From contig NZ_VKDE01000007.1 in NCBI RefSeq assembly GCF_007097485.1, positions 25,402 through 57,401 of the forward strand: a stretch of DNA of 32,000 nucleotides. The letters run 5' to 3'. The DNA comes from Carboxylicivirga sp. M1479 (GTDB taxonomy: Bacteria > Bacteroidota > Bacteroidia > Bacteroidales > Marinilabiliaceae). The translations under genes were made by a program, and so were the position numbers. The number at the start of each line of letters is the position of its first letter. Position 1 is the first letter of the stretch. Positions 21,792 to 30,156 of the stretch are shown piece by piece. Under the pieces are notes generated by a model, which saw nothing but the letters and a program-made list of their open reading frames with translations, searched no databases and was not told the DNA's origin.

Positions 21792-24700
21792 ATGAAAAAG
21801 TTTTTGAAGAGGATGACGGGAAGAAGCTTGAAACGCCCCTTGTTAATGACACTTATTATGTGCATAGCAACGTTGGCATACGCTCAGGATACAAGGACCG
21901 TAACAGGTGCTGTAATTGACGAAACCGGGTTTGGAACGCCGGGAGTGAACGTAGTGATTAAAGGAACCAGTAATGGTACTGTTACCGATTTTGATGGCAA
22001 ATTTGCGATCGCAGTAAGCGAAGGTGATGTATTGGAATTTCGTTTTATTGGTTACATCGCTCAGGAGGTGTTAATCGATAATGCAACAAATGTTTATAAT
22101 ATTAATTTACAGCCAAATAACGAGCAGCTAAACGAAGTGGTAGTTGTTGGTTATGGTGTTCAGAAGAAAAGTGACCTGTCAAGTGCTGTGTCAACAATAA
22201 AGGCCGAAGAGGCTAATAAAATTGCTGCTGCTTCACCTGGTCAAATGATGCAAGGTCGTTCTGCTGGTGTAACAGTTGTGAATGGCGGAGCACCAGGCGC
22301 TGCACCCTATGTGAAAATTCGTGGTATGTCATCGTTTGGAGATGTACAGCCGCTATACGTAATTGATGGAATCCCAGGTGGCGACTTAACAATGATCAAC
22401 CCTGATGATATCACATCGTTTGAAATATTAAAAGATGGAGCTGCTGCTGCTATTTACGGTTCGTTAGCTGCCAATGGTGTTATTTTGGTAACTACTAAAT
22501 CGGGTAAAAAGAACCAGCCAGCACAAATCGATTTCAGCATGTATACAGGTGTGCAAAGCGCTACCAATACCTTGCCTATGGCCAATGCCTCGGAATGGTA
22601 TGCAACCATGGATCAGGCTTATAGCAACTCGGTTAAGGATGGCTCTTTAACAGAGGCTGATAAACCTGCTTATCTACAGCCTGGATCGGGTTTTGATTTG
22701 AATAATTATGCCGATACCGATTGGCAGGATGAGACCTTACAAACGGGTATTATTCAAAACTATTCATTGGGTATTAGTGGTGGAGGAGAGTCTTCCAACT
22801 ACAATTTCTCAACCAACTACTTTAACCAAGAGGGTGTAGTGGTCAATACAGGTACTGAACGCTATAATTTCCGCTTTAAGTCGGCTTTTGAAAAGGGCAA
22901 CTTAAAAGTGATGCCGAATATTATGTATACGCACACGGTAACCGATAATAATACGATGAGCATGTCCAACATGCAGAAAACATCGCCATTAGTGTCGGTG
23001 TATGATGATAGTAAAGAATCGGGATATGGATATATCAATGAATATGGTATTCGTAGTAGTGCTAACCCAATGGGCCAGTCGGAGTTAATCGACTCACAAA
23101 CAACAAAAGATCAATTACAGGCTAACTTAGGTTTAAACTACCAGTTTACCTCTAATTTCTTTGCCATGGGTAATGTTGGTGTTACTAAAACTTTTTATAA
23201 AGATCGAAGACATTCTCCAGCCTACGTATTGGCATCAGATACCCAGCGAGAAGATCCTTACTTGCGCGAGTACCGAGCTGATTGGATGGACTTGAACTAT
23301 GACTTCACATTAAATTATATGAAAACCTTTGACAAGCATAGTGTAACCGCTATGGCTGGTATCGTGGGTTATAAATACCAATATCAGAATGTGAGCATGG
23401 AAGCTACCGGTGGAGCGATGTTCCCCGATTTTGGTGGACTAGAGCCTTCATTTGATGGTATGGCATCGGGCGATTTTATTGGTACAGGTGGCTTTACCAC
23501 GGTAACACGCTTTAGCTACATGGGACGTTTAAATTATAGCTACGACGATAAATACCTTGTTCAGGCAACTGTGCGTACCGATGGTTCTTCTAAGTTCGGA
23601 CCAGATAACCGTTGGGGTACTTTTCCATCTGTTTCGGCAGCATGGAAAATCCATAACGAACCTTTCTTCTCGGATTTAACACATATTTTTCCTGAGTTAA
23701 AGTTCCGAGCTTCCTATGGTATTTTAGGTCGCGAAACTTCACTGGGAGCCTACTCACGTCAGGCCTTGGTTGATGGAGGATACTGGTATGTATGGAACAA
23801 CCGACCTGTAGGTGGTAATGGATCATTTGAGATGGCAAACAATCAACTGGCCTGGGAAGAGTCTAAAACAACGAACATTGGTATTGACTTTGGTATGTTC
23901 AAGCACAAGTTGTATGGTACCATCAACTACTACCAGAATAACTCAGAGTCACTACTCTTAGAAGAACCGAATACACCTCCATCAAGTGGTGTGTCTGCTC
24001 CAATTGTTAACCTTGGAACAATTTCCAACAAGGGACTTGAATTTGAATTAGGCTACCGTGGTGCTATTGGCGAACTAAAATATGATTTGAAAGGTAACTT
24101 AACAACCATTACAAATGAAGTTGTTTCATTGGGCGATAGCGAAGGAATGTTGCCTGGCGATGACATTGCCTGGTCTGGATCTTATACTTATTCAGCAGTA
24201 GGAGCAGCAGCATCTCAGTTTTATATGTACCAGACTAAGGGCTTGTTTCAAACGCAGGAGCAGGTTGATAATTATGTTGATGCTAATGGTAACAAAATAC
24301 AGCCTAATGCACAGCCTGGTGATGTTATTTACACCGATGTTAATGGCGATGGCATTATTGACTCTAACGATATTACAAATGTAGGTTCCCCACTTCCTAC
24401 CTTAGAATATGGTATTAATATTGGCTTAACTTATAAAGCCTTTGATATGTCTATGTTCTTCCAGGGTGTTACTGGTAACGACATCTTAAATGTTAACCGT
24501 TACGAGATGGAAGCTGCTAACTCAGGTTATAACGTTTCTAGTCGATTAATGAATGCATGGACACCTGAACACACCAATACCGATGTGCCTCGTAATGTTA
24601 TTGTTGATAACAATAATAACTACCTGATGTCTGACAGACACCTAGAAGATGGCTCGTATTTCCGTATGAAAAATATACAGATTGGTTATACACTGCCAAA

Positions 24701-24890
24701 AACTTTGTTGCAAAAGATAAAGGTTGAAAATTTACGCGTGTATGTGAATGCCGATAACGTATTTACTTTGACTAATTACACGGGATACGATCCTGAGATT
24801 GTACCAGTAAATGCTTTAACACAGGGTGTTGATCATGGTAATTATCCAATGTATAGAACGTTTACAGCAGGTTTACAGTTAACATTCTAA
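21792..24890 (+). CDS. susC: SusC/RagA-family TonB-dependent outer-membrane transporter
   Basis: Signal peptide. CarboxypepD_reg-like domain (VTGAVIDETGFGTPGVNVVIKGTSNGTVTDFDGKFAI). Plug domain (VVVVGYGVQKKSDLSSAV). Large beta-barrel ending in the ...TFTAGLQLTF C-terminal Phe motif. No N-terminal STN extension. Confidence 0.92.
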   Translation: MKKFLKRMTGRSLKRPLLMTLIMCIATLAYAQDTRTVTGAVIDETGFGTPGVNVVIKGTSNGTVTDFDGKFAIAVSEGDVLEFRFIGYIAQEVLIDNATNVYNINLQPNNEQLNEVVVVGYGVQKKSDLSSAVSTIKAEEANKIAAASPGQMMQGRSAGVTVVNGGAPGAAPYVKIRGMSSFGDVQPLYVIDGIPGGDLTMINPDDITSFEILKDGAAAAIYGSLAANGVILVTTKSGKKNQPAQIDFSMYTGVQSATNTLPMANASEWYATMDQAYSNSVKDGSLTEADKPAYLQPGSGFDLNNYADTDWQDETLQTGIIQNYSLGISGGGESSNYNFSTNYFNQEGVVVNTGTERYNFRFKSAFEKGNLKVMPNIMYTHTVTDNNTMSMSNMQKTSPLVSVYDDSKESGYGYINEYGIRSSANPMGQSELIDSQTTKDQLQANLGLNYQFTSNFFAMGNVGVTKTFYKDRRHSPAYVLASDTQREDPYLREYRADWMDLNYDFTLNYMKTFDKHSVTAMAGIVGYKYQYQNVSMEATGGAMFPDFGGLEPSFDGMASGDFIGTGGFTTVTRFSYMGRLNYSYDDKYLVQATVRTDGSSKFGPDNRWGTFPSVSAAWKIHNEPFFSDLTHIFPELKFRASYGILGRETSLGAYSRQALVDGGYWYVWNNRPVGGNGSFEMANNQLAWEESKTTNIGIDFGMFKHKLYGTINYYQNNSESLLLEEPNTPPSSGVSAPIVNLGTISNKGLEFELGYRGAIGELKYDLKGNLTTITNEVVSLGDSEGMLPGDDIAWSGSYTYSAVGAAASQFYMYQTKGLFQTQEQVDNYVDANGNKIQPNAQPGDVIYTDVNGDGIIDSNDITNVGSPLPTLEYGINIGLTYKAFDMSMFFQGVTGNDILNVNRYEMEAANSGYNVSSRLMNAWTPEHTNTDVPRNVIVDNNNNYLMSDRHLEDGSYFRMKNIQIGYTLPKTLLQKIKVENLRVYVNADNVFTLTNYTGYDPEIVPVNALTQGVDHGNYPMYRTFTAGLQLTF

Positions 24891-24910
24891 TAACTCATAA
24901 ATAAATTGTA

Positions 24911-25009
24911 ATGAAACGAACATGTAAATTTAACATCCAAATATGCACACAAAAGGATGATTAAATTTACTTGGGAGTTCCATCTGACAATTGAAAAAAA
25001 TATAAACAG
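24911..25009 (+). repeat. Leader module copy 3 (type B), fills the susC-susD intergenic spacer and ends at the susD ATG
   Basis: ATGAAACGAACATG, then arms GTAAATTT (24924..24931) and AAATTTAC (24963..24970), then GGGAGTTCCATCTGACAA and the A-rich tail ATAAACAG, followed by ATGAAA. Confidence 0.8.
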
Positions 25010-26449
25010 ATGAAAAATATATCAATATATATTCTGACAGTTATTTCAACACTGTTGTTTGCCTCATGCGATGATTACTTAACGCAGGAGTCGCCAGATA
25101 AACCAACGACTGATCAAATTTGGGTAAGTTACGATGCGGCTGAAAGTTACCTTGTAACTGCTTATTCATATGTTGCTTCAACAGGTTGGAGATACCATGA
25201 GTACATGTATTTACCACAAAACTTTAGAGGTGATGACATGTTTCCTGAAAGTGGAACTACACAATATGGTTATTTAGGACGAATTGTTGGTTTTACCAAT
25301 ACGGCCAATGACGTAAGTAGTGTCATGTGGAAAAACTGGTACCGTGGTGTTAAGCTGGCCAACGATGTGATTGCTAATGTACCAGATATGGACATGATTA
25401 CACAGGAAGAGCGCGACCAACTGGTGGCAGAAGCTAAATTCTTACGTGGTTTTTATTTCTTAAACCTGCAGATGAATTACCACTCCATCATTATGCCTTT
25501 AGCTGTGGCATCATCCCCAGCTGATTTGCAAGTGCCAACATCAACCAAAGAAGAGGTATATGAGCAGATAGAGGAAGATTTAACATTTGCAAGTGCACAC
25601 CTGCCTGCAAGTTGGTCGGATGATAACTGGGGGCGTGCAACAAGTAACGCTGCCAATGCCTTTTTAGGAAAATCACATTTGTTTAATGAGCAGTATCAGG
25701 ATGCTTTAGATGCTTTTTCAAAAGTTACTGGGCATAGCTTGGTAAGTGGAGCAGAATACCGCAGTATGTTCGATGGTAGCAATGAGGTAAATGATGAGGT
25801 GCTGTTTTCGCGTGGCTACACTGCCGATCAAATGGATATTCTATACTTATACCACCAGTTAGGTGTTGCTTTAGCACCAGGCGATCTAAAAGGTGGATGG
25901 GAGATGGCCAGTATCTCTGACTATTATTTGAGTCAGCTAGAGGCTGGTGACATCAGAAAGGAAGCATCGGTATTGTTAGATGGCGAAACATTTGATGGAG
26001 AAGTCATCAATTTCGACGATCCAACTTATAAAATGAGCATCAAGTATGTTGAATCATTAAATGCAATAAATAGTAACCGTAGTGTTGTTGATCTTATCTT
26101 GATGCGTTATGCCGATGTTCTATTGATGCAGGCCGAAGCCATGTATGAACTAGGTAGTACGGGCGATGCTTTGGATAAGGTTAATGAGATACGAGACAGA
26201 GCAGGACTGGATGATGTAAACCTATCGGGCACTAGCTTACGCGACGAGATACGTAAGCAACGAATGATTGAGTTGGTGGGCGAAAACTCACGTTTTTACG
26301 ACATGGTGCGTTGGGATATTGCCAAAGAGCAATTGACTTTAGCTATGCAGCCATATGCTCAGAATTTTGAAGAGAAACACAAGTATTTCCCAATTCCATT
26401 GGAGGAAGTACAGCGTAACAGTAAAATTGAGCCTACTCCTGGGTTCTAA
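25010..26449 (+). CDS. susD: SusD/RagB-family nutrient-binding outer-membrane lipoprotein
   Basis: Lipobox LLFASCDDYL. SusD-like TPR-like helices (RGFYFLNLQMNY, RYADVLLMQAEA, RQRMIELVGENSRFYDMVRW). Positioned immediately after susC. Confidence 0.9.
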   Translation: MKNISIYILTVISTLLFASCDDYLTQESPDKPTTDQIWVSYDAAESYLVTAYSYVASTGWRYHEYMYLPQNFRGDDMFPESGTTQYGYLGRIVGFTNTANDVSSVMWKNWYRGVKLANDVIANVPDMDMITQEERDQLVAEAKFLRGFYFLNLQMNYHSIIMPLAVASSPADLQVPTSTKEEVYEQIEEDLTFASAHLPASWSDDNWGRATSNAANAFLGKSHLFNEQYQDALDAFSKVTGHSLVSGAEYRSMFDGSNEVNDEVLFSRGYTADQMDILYLYHQLGVALAPGDLKGGWEMASISDYYLSQLEAGDIRKEASVLLDGETFDGEVINFDDPTYKMSIKYVESLNAINSNRSVVDLILMRYADVLLMQAEAMYELGSTGDALDKVNEIRDRAGLDDVNLSGTSLRDEIRKQRMIELVGENSRFYDMVRWDIAKEQLTLAMQPYAQNFEEKHKYFPIPLEEVQRNSKIEPTPGF

Positions 26450-26476
26450 TTTTGATTTTCGTTTTTATAAGTCAAA

Positions 26477-26505
26477 GGGTGTCTGTTTACAGGCGCCCTT
26501 TCTTA
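26477..26505 (+). terminator. Rho-independent terminator after susD
   Basis: GGGTGTCTG-TTTA-CAGGCGCCC forms a 9-bp stem (two G-U pairs) followed by TTTCTTA. It is preceded by AAA, so it may work in both directions for the convergent kinase gene. Confidence 0.6.
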
Positions 26506-26594
26506 TACCATTTAAATATTAAAATGCCCTGATATAATGCCGATACATATTTAAGAGTGAAGCGGACGAAAGGCGCATTTTGAATAGATCGGTC

Positions 26595-28025
26595 TTATTC
26601 TCCACTAATGGGTAGTTTAATGATAAACTCAACACCACCATCATGGTTTTTATAGGCTAAAGTTCCCTTGTGATCTTTTACCAGATTAAAGGCTGTTGAT
26701 AAGCCTAAACCAGTGCCCGAATTAATGCTTTTGGTTGTGAAGAAAGGATCTAATATGCGCTTTCCAATTTTATCTTCAATGCCAGCTCCTTTATTAAAAA
26801 TCGAGATGCAAGCATACTTTATACCAGCTTGAGTTAAAGGGTAACAATGTACTTTTATCAGTTTATCCTTGGCCTCTAATGAGGCACAAATGGCATTGTC
26901 AATAATGTTAAGTACCACTTGATGTATTTTCTCAGCAAAAACATATATTGGTTCCTTAAGTTCATATTGTTGCTCCACGTTTAAATCAACAGGAATTTTG
27001 CATTTCAGAAATAACAGGGTTGATTTAACGATGGACCGAACGTCGTACAACGCTTTTTTACTTTTGCCATCGTAGGAAAATGTCATGAGTGATGTAACAA
27101 TAAAAGCTGCTTGTTCAACTCCTTTATCTAATATTTCATTGGCTTGTATAAGATTTGATTCCAGGTCTTGGGGTGTCACACCATCTTGTAAATCATCTAT
27201 TCTATTTTTAATCAACAATGAACTAGTGGATATAAAATTAAGAGGCGTATTTATTTCGTGCGCCACACCAGCTGTCAGAATACCTAGGGTGGCCATTTTC
27301 TCAGAATGAACTAACTGCTCTTGTGTAACCCTCAAGTGTTCGTTTGTGGCTTTCAGTTCTTCCAAATGCTGATCCAGACGTTGATTATTTTTGATGAGCT
27401 TTTTCTCGTAATTGTTGTTCAGCCATTTTAAATAAAAAACCGAACTGTTGATAAACAGAAAGATGGCAATGTTAGTAATCTCGGCATATATCTGAAAGCT
27501 ACTGTATATCGCTTTTGAAGCTAGAGTGTTTGGCCCATAATGTAGAATCAGATCGTCGTTAATGATTAGTAAAAATAAGTAATAAGCCATCGATAATGTA
27601 TACAAGTATTTATTGGCCGATGGTTTGATGAGTAGTTGTGGAATAAGCGACAAGGCAATGATGATGGCGCTATAGCTGAAAAAACTATCGTTTTCAACAA
27701 AACCCATAAAGGTTGGTATGACAATGAATATCAAGGGTGCGGATAGGATTAGAATGGCCTTAGCCCACTTTGGGTGTTTATAATATGACAGTAATATGTG
27801 AAGAATATTAATACCCATCATCCACATGAGACGATAGCTGGCAAGTGTAATGACGGAATTGTTAAGCATCCTGATGTACCACATGCTAAGTGAGAGTATT
27901 ACCATTAGCAAAAATAAGGTGGCATTAAGCTGGTTGCTTAAGATGATGGTTCTTTTACGAATGCTACTTTGGTCATCGAGCCCCAAGAAAGAAATGCATT
28001 TCCAGGCTTTGCTTATCCAAGTCAT
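26595..28025 (-). CDS. Polytopic membrane sensor histidine kinase
   Basis: About 6 N-terminal TM helices and a coiled coil. H-box GVAHEINTPLNFI, N-box LNIIDNAICAS, FFTTK and GTGLGL boxes. No response regulator gene is adjacent. Confidence 0.85.
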   Translation of the reverse strand: MTWISKAWKCISFLGLDDQSSIRKRTIILSNQLNATLFLLMVILSLSMWYIRMLNNSVITLASYRLMWMMGINILHILLSYYKHPKWAKAILILSAPLIFIVIPTFMGFVENDSFFSYSAIIIALSLIPQLLIKPSANKYLYTLSMAYYLFLLIINDDLILHYGPNTLASKAIYSSFQIYAEITNIAIFLFINSSVFYLKWLNNNYEKKLIKNNQRLDQHLEELKATNEHLRVTQEQLVHSEKMATLGILTAGVAHEINTPLNFISTSSLLIKNRIDDLQDGVTPQDLESNLIQANEILDKGVEQAAFIVTSLMTFSYDGKSKKALYDVRSIVKSTLLFLKCKIPVDLNVEQQYELKEPIYVFAEKIHQVVLNIIDNAICASLEAKDKLIKVHCYPLTQAGIKYACISIFNKGAGIEDKIGKRILDPFFTTKSINSGTGLGLSTAFNLVKDHKGTLAYKNHDGGVEFIIKLPISGE

Positions 28026-28103
28026 ATTTATGGTGTAGGTTTATTATCAGCAAATTAAGAAAATAATCCTAAAACACGACAGAATGAACAAATAATGCAT
28101 TTT

Positions 28104-28826
28104 TTAAAAGCGATATTTATAAAAAAACAATAGGCTCAATATCAATCCTATGGCAATCTTTATTTGCCAATACGGAATAGCTATCCCAATGATGGCAATA
28201 ACAATCACTGCTTTAAGTAGTTTGTTAGATCGTTTATCTGCTTTTGATTTAAACTGTATTAATTTTAATTCGCGGTTTTCCATGTCTAATAAAAATACAC
28301 CATCATTTTCAACCACATAATCATATTCTAGTAGCTGTCGGCGAGTATTTCTATTGCGAGCACTAATGGCCGAGCTGCCACTTTTTACCTCAACAATGTA
28401 TTTCTTACCATTTTTTTTAACAATATAATCAGGCTGTATATCCGCTACCTGAACCTCACCATCTTCTAGGTAGCGATGCTCGTATGTGCTTTGGTAGTCA
28501 ACAATGGTATAACCCTCACTTTTTAGAAAACGTTTGGCGGCAAGTTCTAAATTATTTCCACGCTCAAATCGTTTTTTTACTTTTCGCTCCTTTAAGTATT
28601 GGCTTATTTTATATTTAAGAATTATAAAACTCAGGCTTAAAATAATTAAAGCAAGTAACAAGTAAATAATATGGTTGTGGTTGGAGTAGTAGAAGTCAAA
28701 CATGGAATGGTATTTATATTCGAAACAAAAGTAATAGCATTTGCTCAATTCAATGCGTTTTGCATGCAACAACAGTATAATTCCATTTTTTAATAAGTCC
28801 GAAATCTTCAATTTAATACTCATCAA
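28104..28826 (-). CDS. Hypothetical membrane-anchored protein with a PD-(D/E)xK (NERD/restriction-endonuclease-like) core
   Basis: The more likely start is Met42 at 28703 (MFDFYY...), directly before an N-terminal TM helix. The soluble core has LELAAKRFLKSEGYTIV ... QPDYIVKKNGKKYIVEVKSG (D...E-x-K arrangement). A C-terminal hydrophobic hairpin follows (AVIVIAIIGIAIPYW..GLILSLLFF). Confidence 0.5.
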   Translation of the reverse strand: MMSIKLKISDLLKNGIILLLHAKRIELSKCYYFCFEYKYHSMFDFYYSNHNHIIYLLLALIILSLSFIILKYKISQYLKERKVKKRFERGNNLELAAKRFLKSEGYTIVDYQSTYEHRYLEDGEVQVADIQPDYIVKKNGKKYIVEVKSGSSAISARNRNTRRQLLEYDYVVENDGVFLLDMENRELKLIQFKSKADKRSNKLLKAVIVIAIIGIAIPYWQIKIAIGLILSLLFFYKYRF

Positions 28827-28874
28827 CTATCACTCGAAACAAGTTTTCTAAACATTGAAAGCTAGTGATATTTA

Positions 28875-28923
28875 GGCTAGAGGCCTGGTTTGATAAAACG
28901 TAGCGAGACGCTACGCTTAACGG
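28875..28923. repeat. REP-like double-hairpin terminus (left), inverted copy of 29747..29794
   Basis: AGGCT-AGA-GGCCT hairpin, then an A/T spacer, then CGTAGCG-AGA-CGCTACG (28899..28915, 7-bp stem, contains GTAG). The reverse complement of 29747..29794 aligns along the whole length with a few mismatches. Confidence 0.7.
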
Positions 28924-28928
28924 GGAGA

Positions 28929-29301
28929 GTTGCTGAGGTCAGGAAGCTAACAACTAAAAACAGGCGAATTTTACCCACTTGCAACAGCGTTTCAAGCAAA
29001 TGCCAATAATCCTGAAAGGATAATACACGAATAGCCTTGTACAAAGTGCAAGGTGTTGTATGTGGTTGATGGTCTGCAAGCACAAAGTGCTTGAACTCAA
29101 AATGCGATTACCTTAGAATGGTAAATGTTTTTTGTGCTCAAGCCGCACGGGCTTCTACTTTTGATTCATGAGTGTTTTTTTTTATGTATTCACGATTTAT
29201 GCTACGCTCCAATTACCTACAGTCGTAAAAGTAGACAAAAGGTCCGCTGACGACAGCACTCGATGACCTTTCTAATTTTATTCACTGAATTAAAAGAACT
29301 C
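28929..29301 (+). repeat. Tandem noncoding unit A (373 nt) of a 442-bp-period duplication
   Basis: 28969..29058 is identical to 29411..29500 (90 nt). 29184..29301 is identical to 29630..29747 (118 nt). Contains hairpins at 28930..28945, 29009..29021, 29035..29053, 29077..29093 and 29140..29154. Confidence 0.85.
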
Positions 29302-29370
29302 CCCCGAAAAAAAATCGGGCTCAAACAGCTTTTAATCCTACGCTCATTGCAATTGAAAGGTGCCATCTGC

Positions 29371-29747
29371 GTTACTGAGGTCAGTAAGCTAACAGCCCAA
29401 AACAGACGTGTTTTACCCACTTGCAACAGCGTTTCAAGCAAATGCCAATAATCCTGAAAGGATAATACACGAATAGCCTTGTACAAAGTGCAAGGTGTTG
29501 AATGTAGTTGGTGGTCTGCAAGCACAAAGTGCTTGAACTGAAAATGTGATTACAATGGCTTAGAATGGTATATATTTTTAGTGCTCAAGCCGCAAGCTTC
29601 TACTTTTGATTCATGAGAGTCTTTTTTTTATGTATTCACGATTTATGCTACGCTCCAATTACCTACAGTCGTAAAAGTAGACAAAAGGTCCGCTGACGAC
29701 AGCACTCGATGACCTTTCTAATTTTATTCACTGAATTAAAAGAACTC
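29371..29747 (+). repeat. Tandem noncoding unit B (377 nt)
   Basis: Same as unit A at offset 442. Differences and small indels cluster in 29371..29410 and 29501..29629. Confidence 0.85.
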
Positions 29748-29794
29748 GTTCGGCGTAGCGTCTCGCTGCGTCGCTTTTAAAAAGGCCTCTGGCC
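29747..29794. repeat. REP-like double-hairpin terminus (right)
   Basis: CGTAGCG-TCT-CGCTGCG (29754..29770, one G-T wobble on the + strand), then a T/A spacer, then AGGCC-TCT-GGCCT (29783..29795). Lies 50 nt upstream of the RAYT-like ATG. Confidence 0.7.
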
Positions 29795-29843
29795 TGAATT
29801 AGCATTATCGATTAGAATGTTTATAATATCGTATATTCGGTAT

Positions 29844-30156
29844 ATGAGTACAGGCTATAAAATAGATAATCAAGAAGGTGCCTATTTCATCACTTTACAA
29901 ATAGTAAACTGGGCCGATTTGTTTTCACGTCAGGTTTATCGCGATATTGTAATCAACAACTTACAATATTGCATAGCTAATAAAGGATTGATTGTTTATG
30001 CTTATGTCATTATGAGCAATCATATTCATTTATTGGTGCAAAGTAGTAATGGTCAATTAAGTAATACTATTCGGGATTTTAAGAGCTATACGAGTAAAAA
30101 GTTCATTCAACATATTGAGCAAAATAATGAAAGTCGTTCTGAGTGGTTATTGGGTA
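29844..30156 (+). pseudogene. REP-associated tyrosine transposase (RAYT / IS200-like HUH Y1) gene, 5' fragment interrupted by an IS
   Basis: MSTGYKIDNQEGAYFITLQIVNWADLFSRQVYRDI...AYVIMSNHIHLLV contains the HUH motif (HIH). Homology stops after ...ESRSEWLLG at 30156 and the ORF then reads into IS sequence. ATG 29844 is preferred over the listed 29817. Confidence 0.8.

Noticed and set aside
29175-29183. T9 / T8 runs inside the tandem units (29175..29183 and 29622..29629) as intrinsic terminators
   Set aside because: No GC-rich stem lies immediately 5' of the T run. The nearest hairpin (AAGCC/GGCTT) ends about 20 nt upstream. This could still be a weak terminator but it is not supportable from sequence alone.
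28877-29525. Two similar minus-strand ORFs (68 aa and 102 aa, both starting MLADHQ.H.TPCTLYKAIRVLSFQDYWHLLETLLQVGK) that could be read as a duplicated small protein gene
   Set aside because: Their similarity follows from the 442-bp tandem DNA duplication. They diverge and change length exactly where the DNA units carry indels. They have no recognisable motifs and they run straight through multiple perfect hairpins. I treat the region as noncoding.
28929-29747. Possibility of a CRISPR array or a diversity-generating retroelement TR/VR pair
   Set aside because: There are only two repeats, each about 375 nt, with a 69-nt spacer and no short repeat-spacer periodicity. No cas genes or reverse transcriptase gene is present in the window. 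The differences between the units are not adenine-specific (t>a, g>a and a>g substitutions plus indels).
29817-29843. Listed upstream start (29817, MFIISYIRY...) for the RAYT-like ORF
   Set aside because: The conserved RAYT N-terminus begins at MSTGYK (ATG 29844). The extra 9 codons are AT-rich, have no homology-like character and lie within about 20 nt of the right REP-like hairpin.
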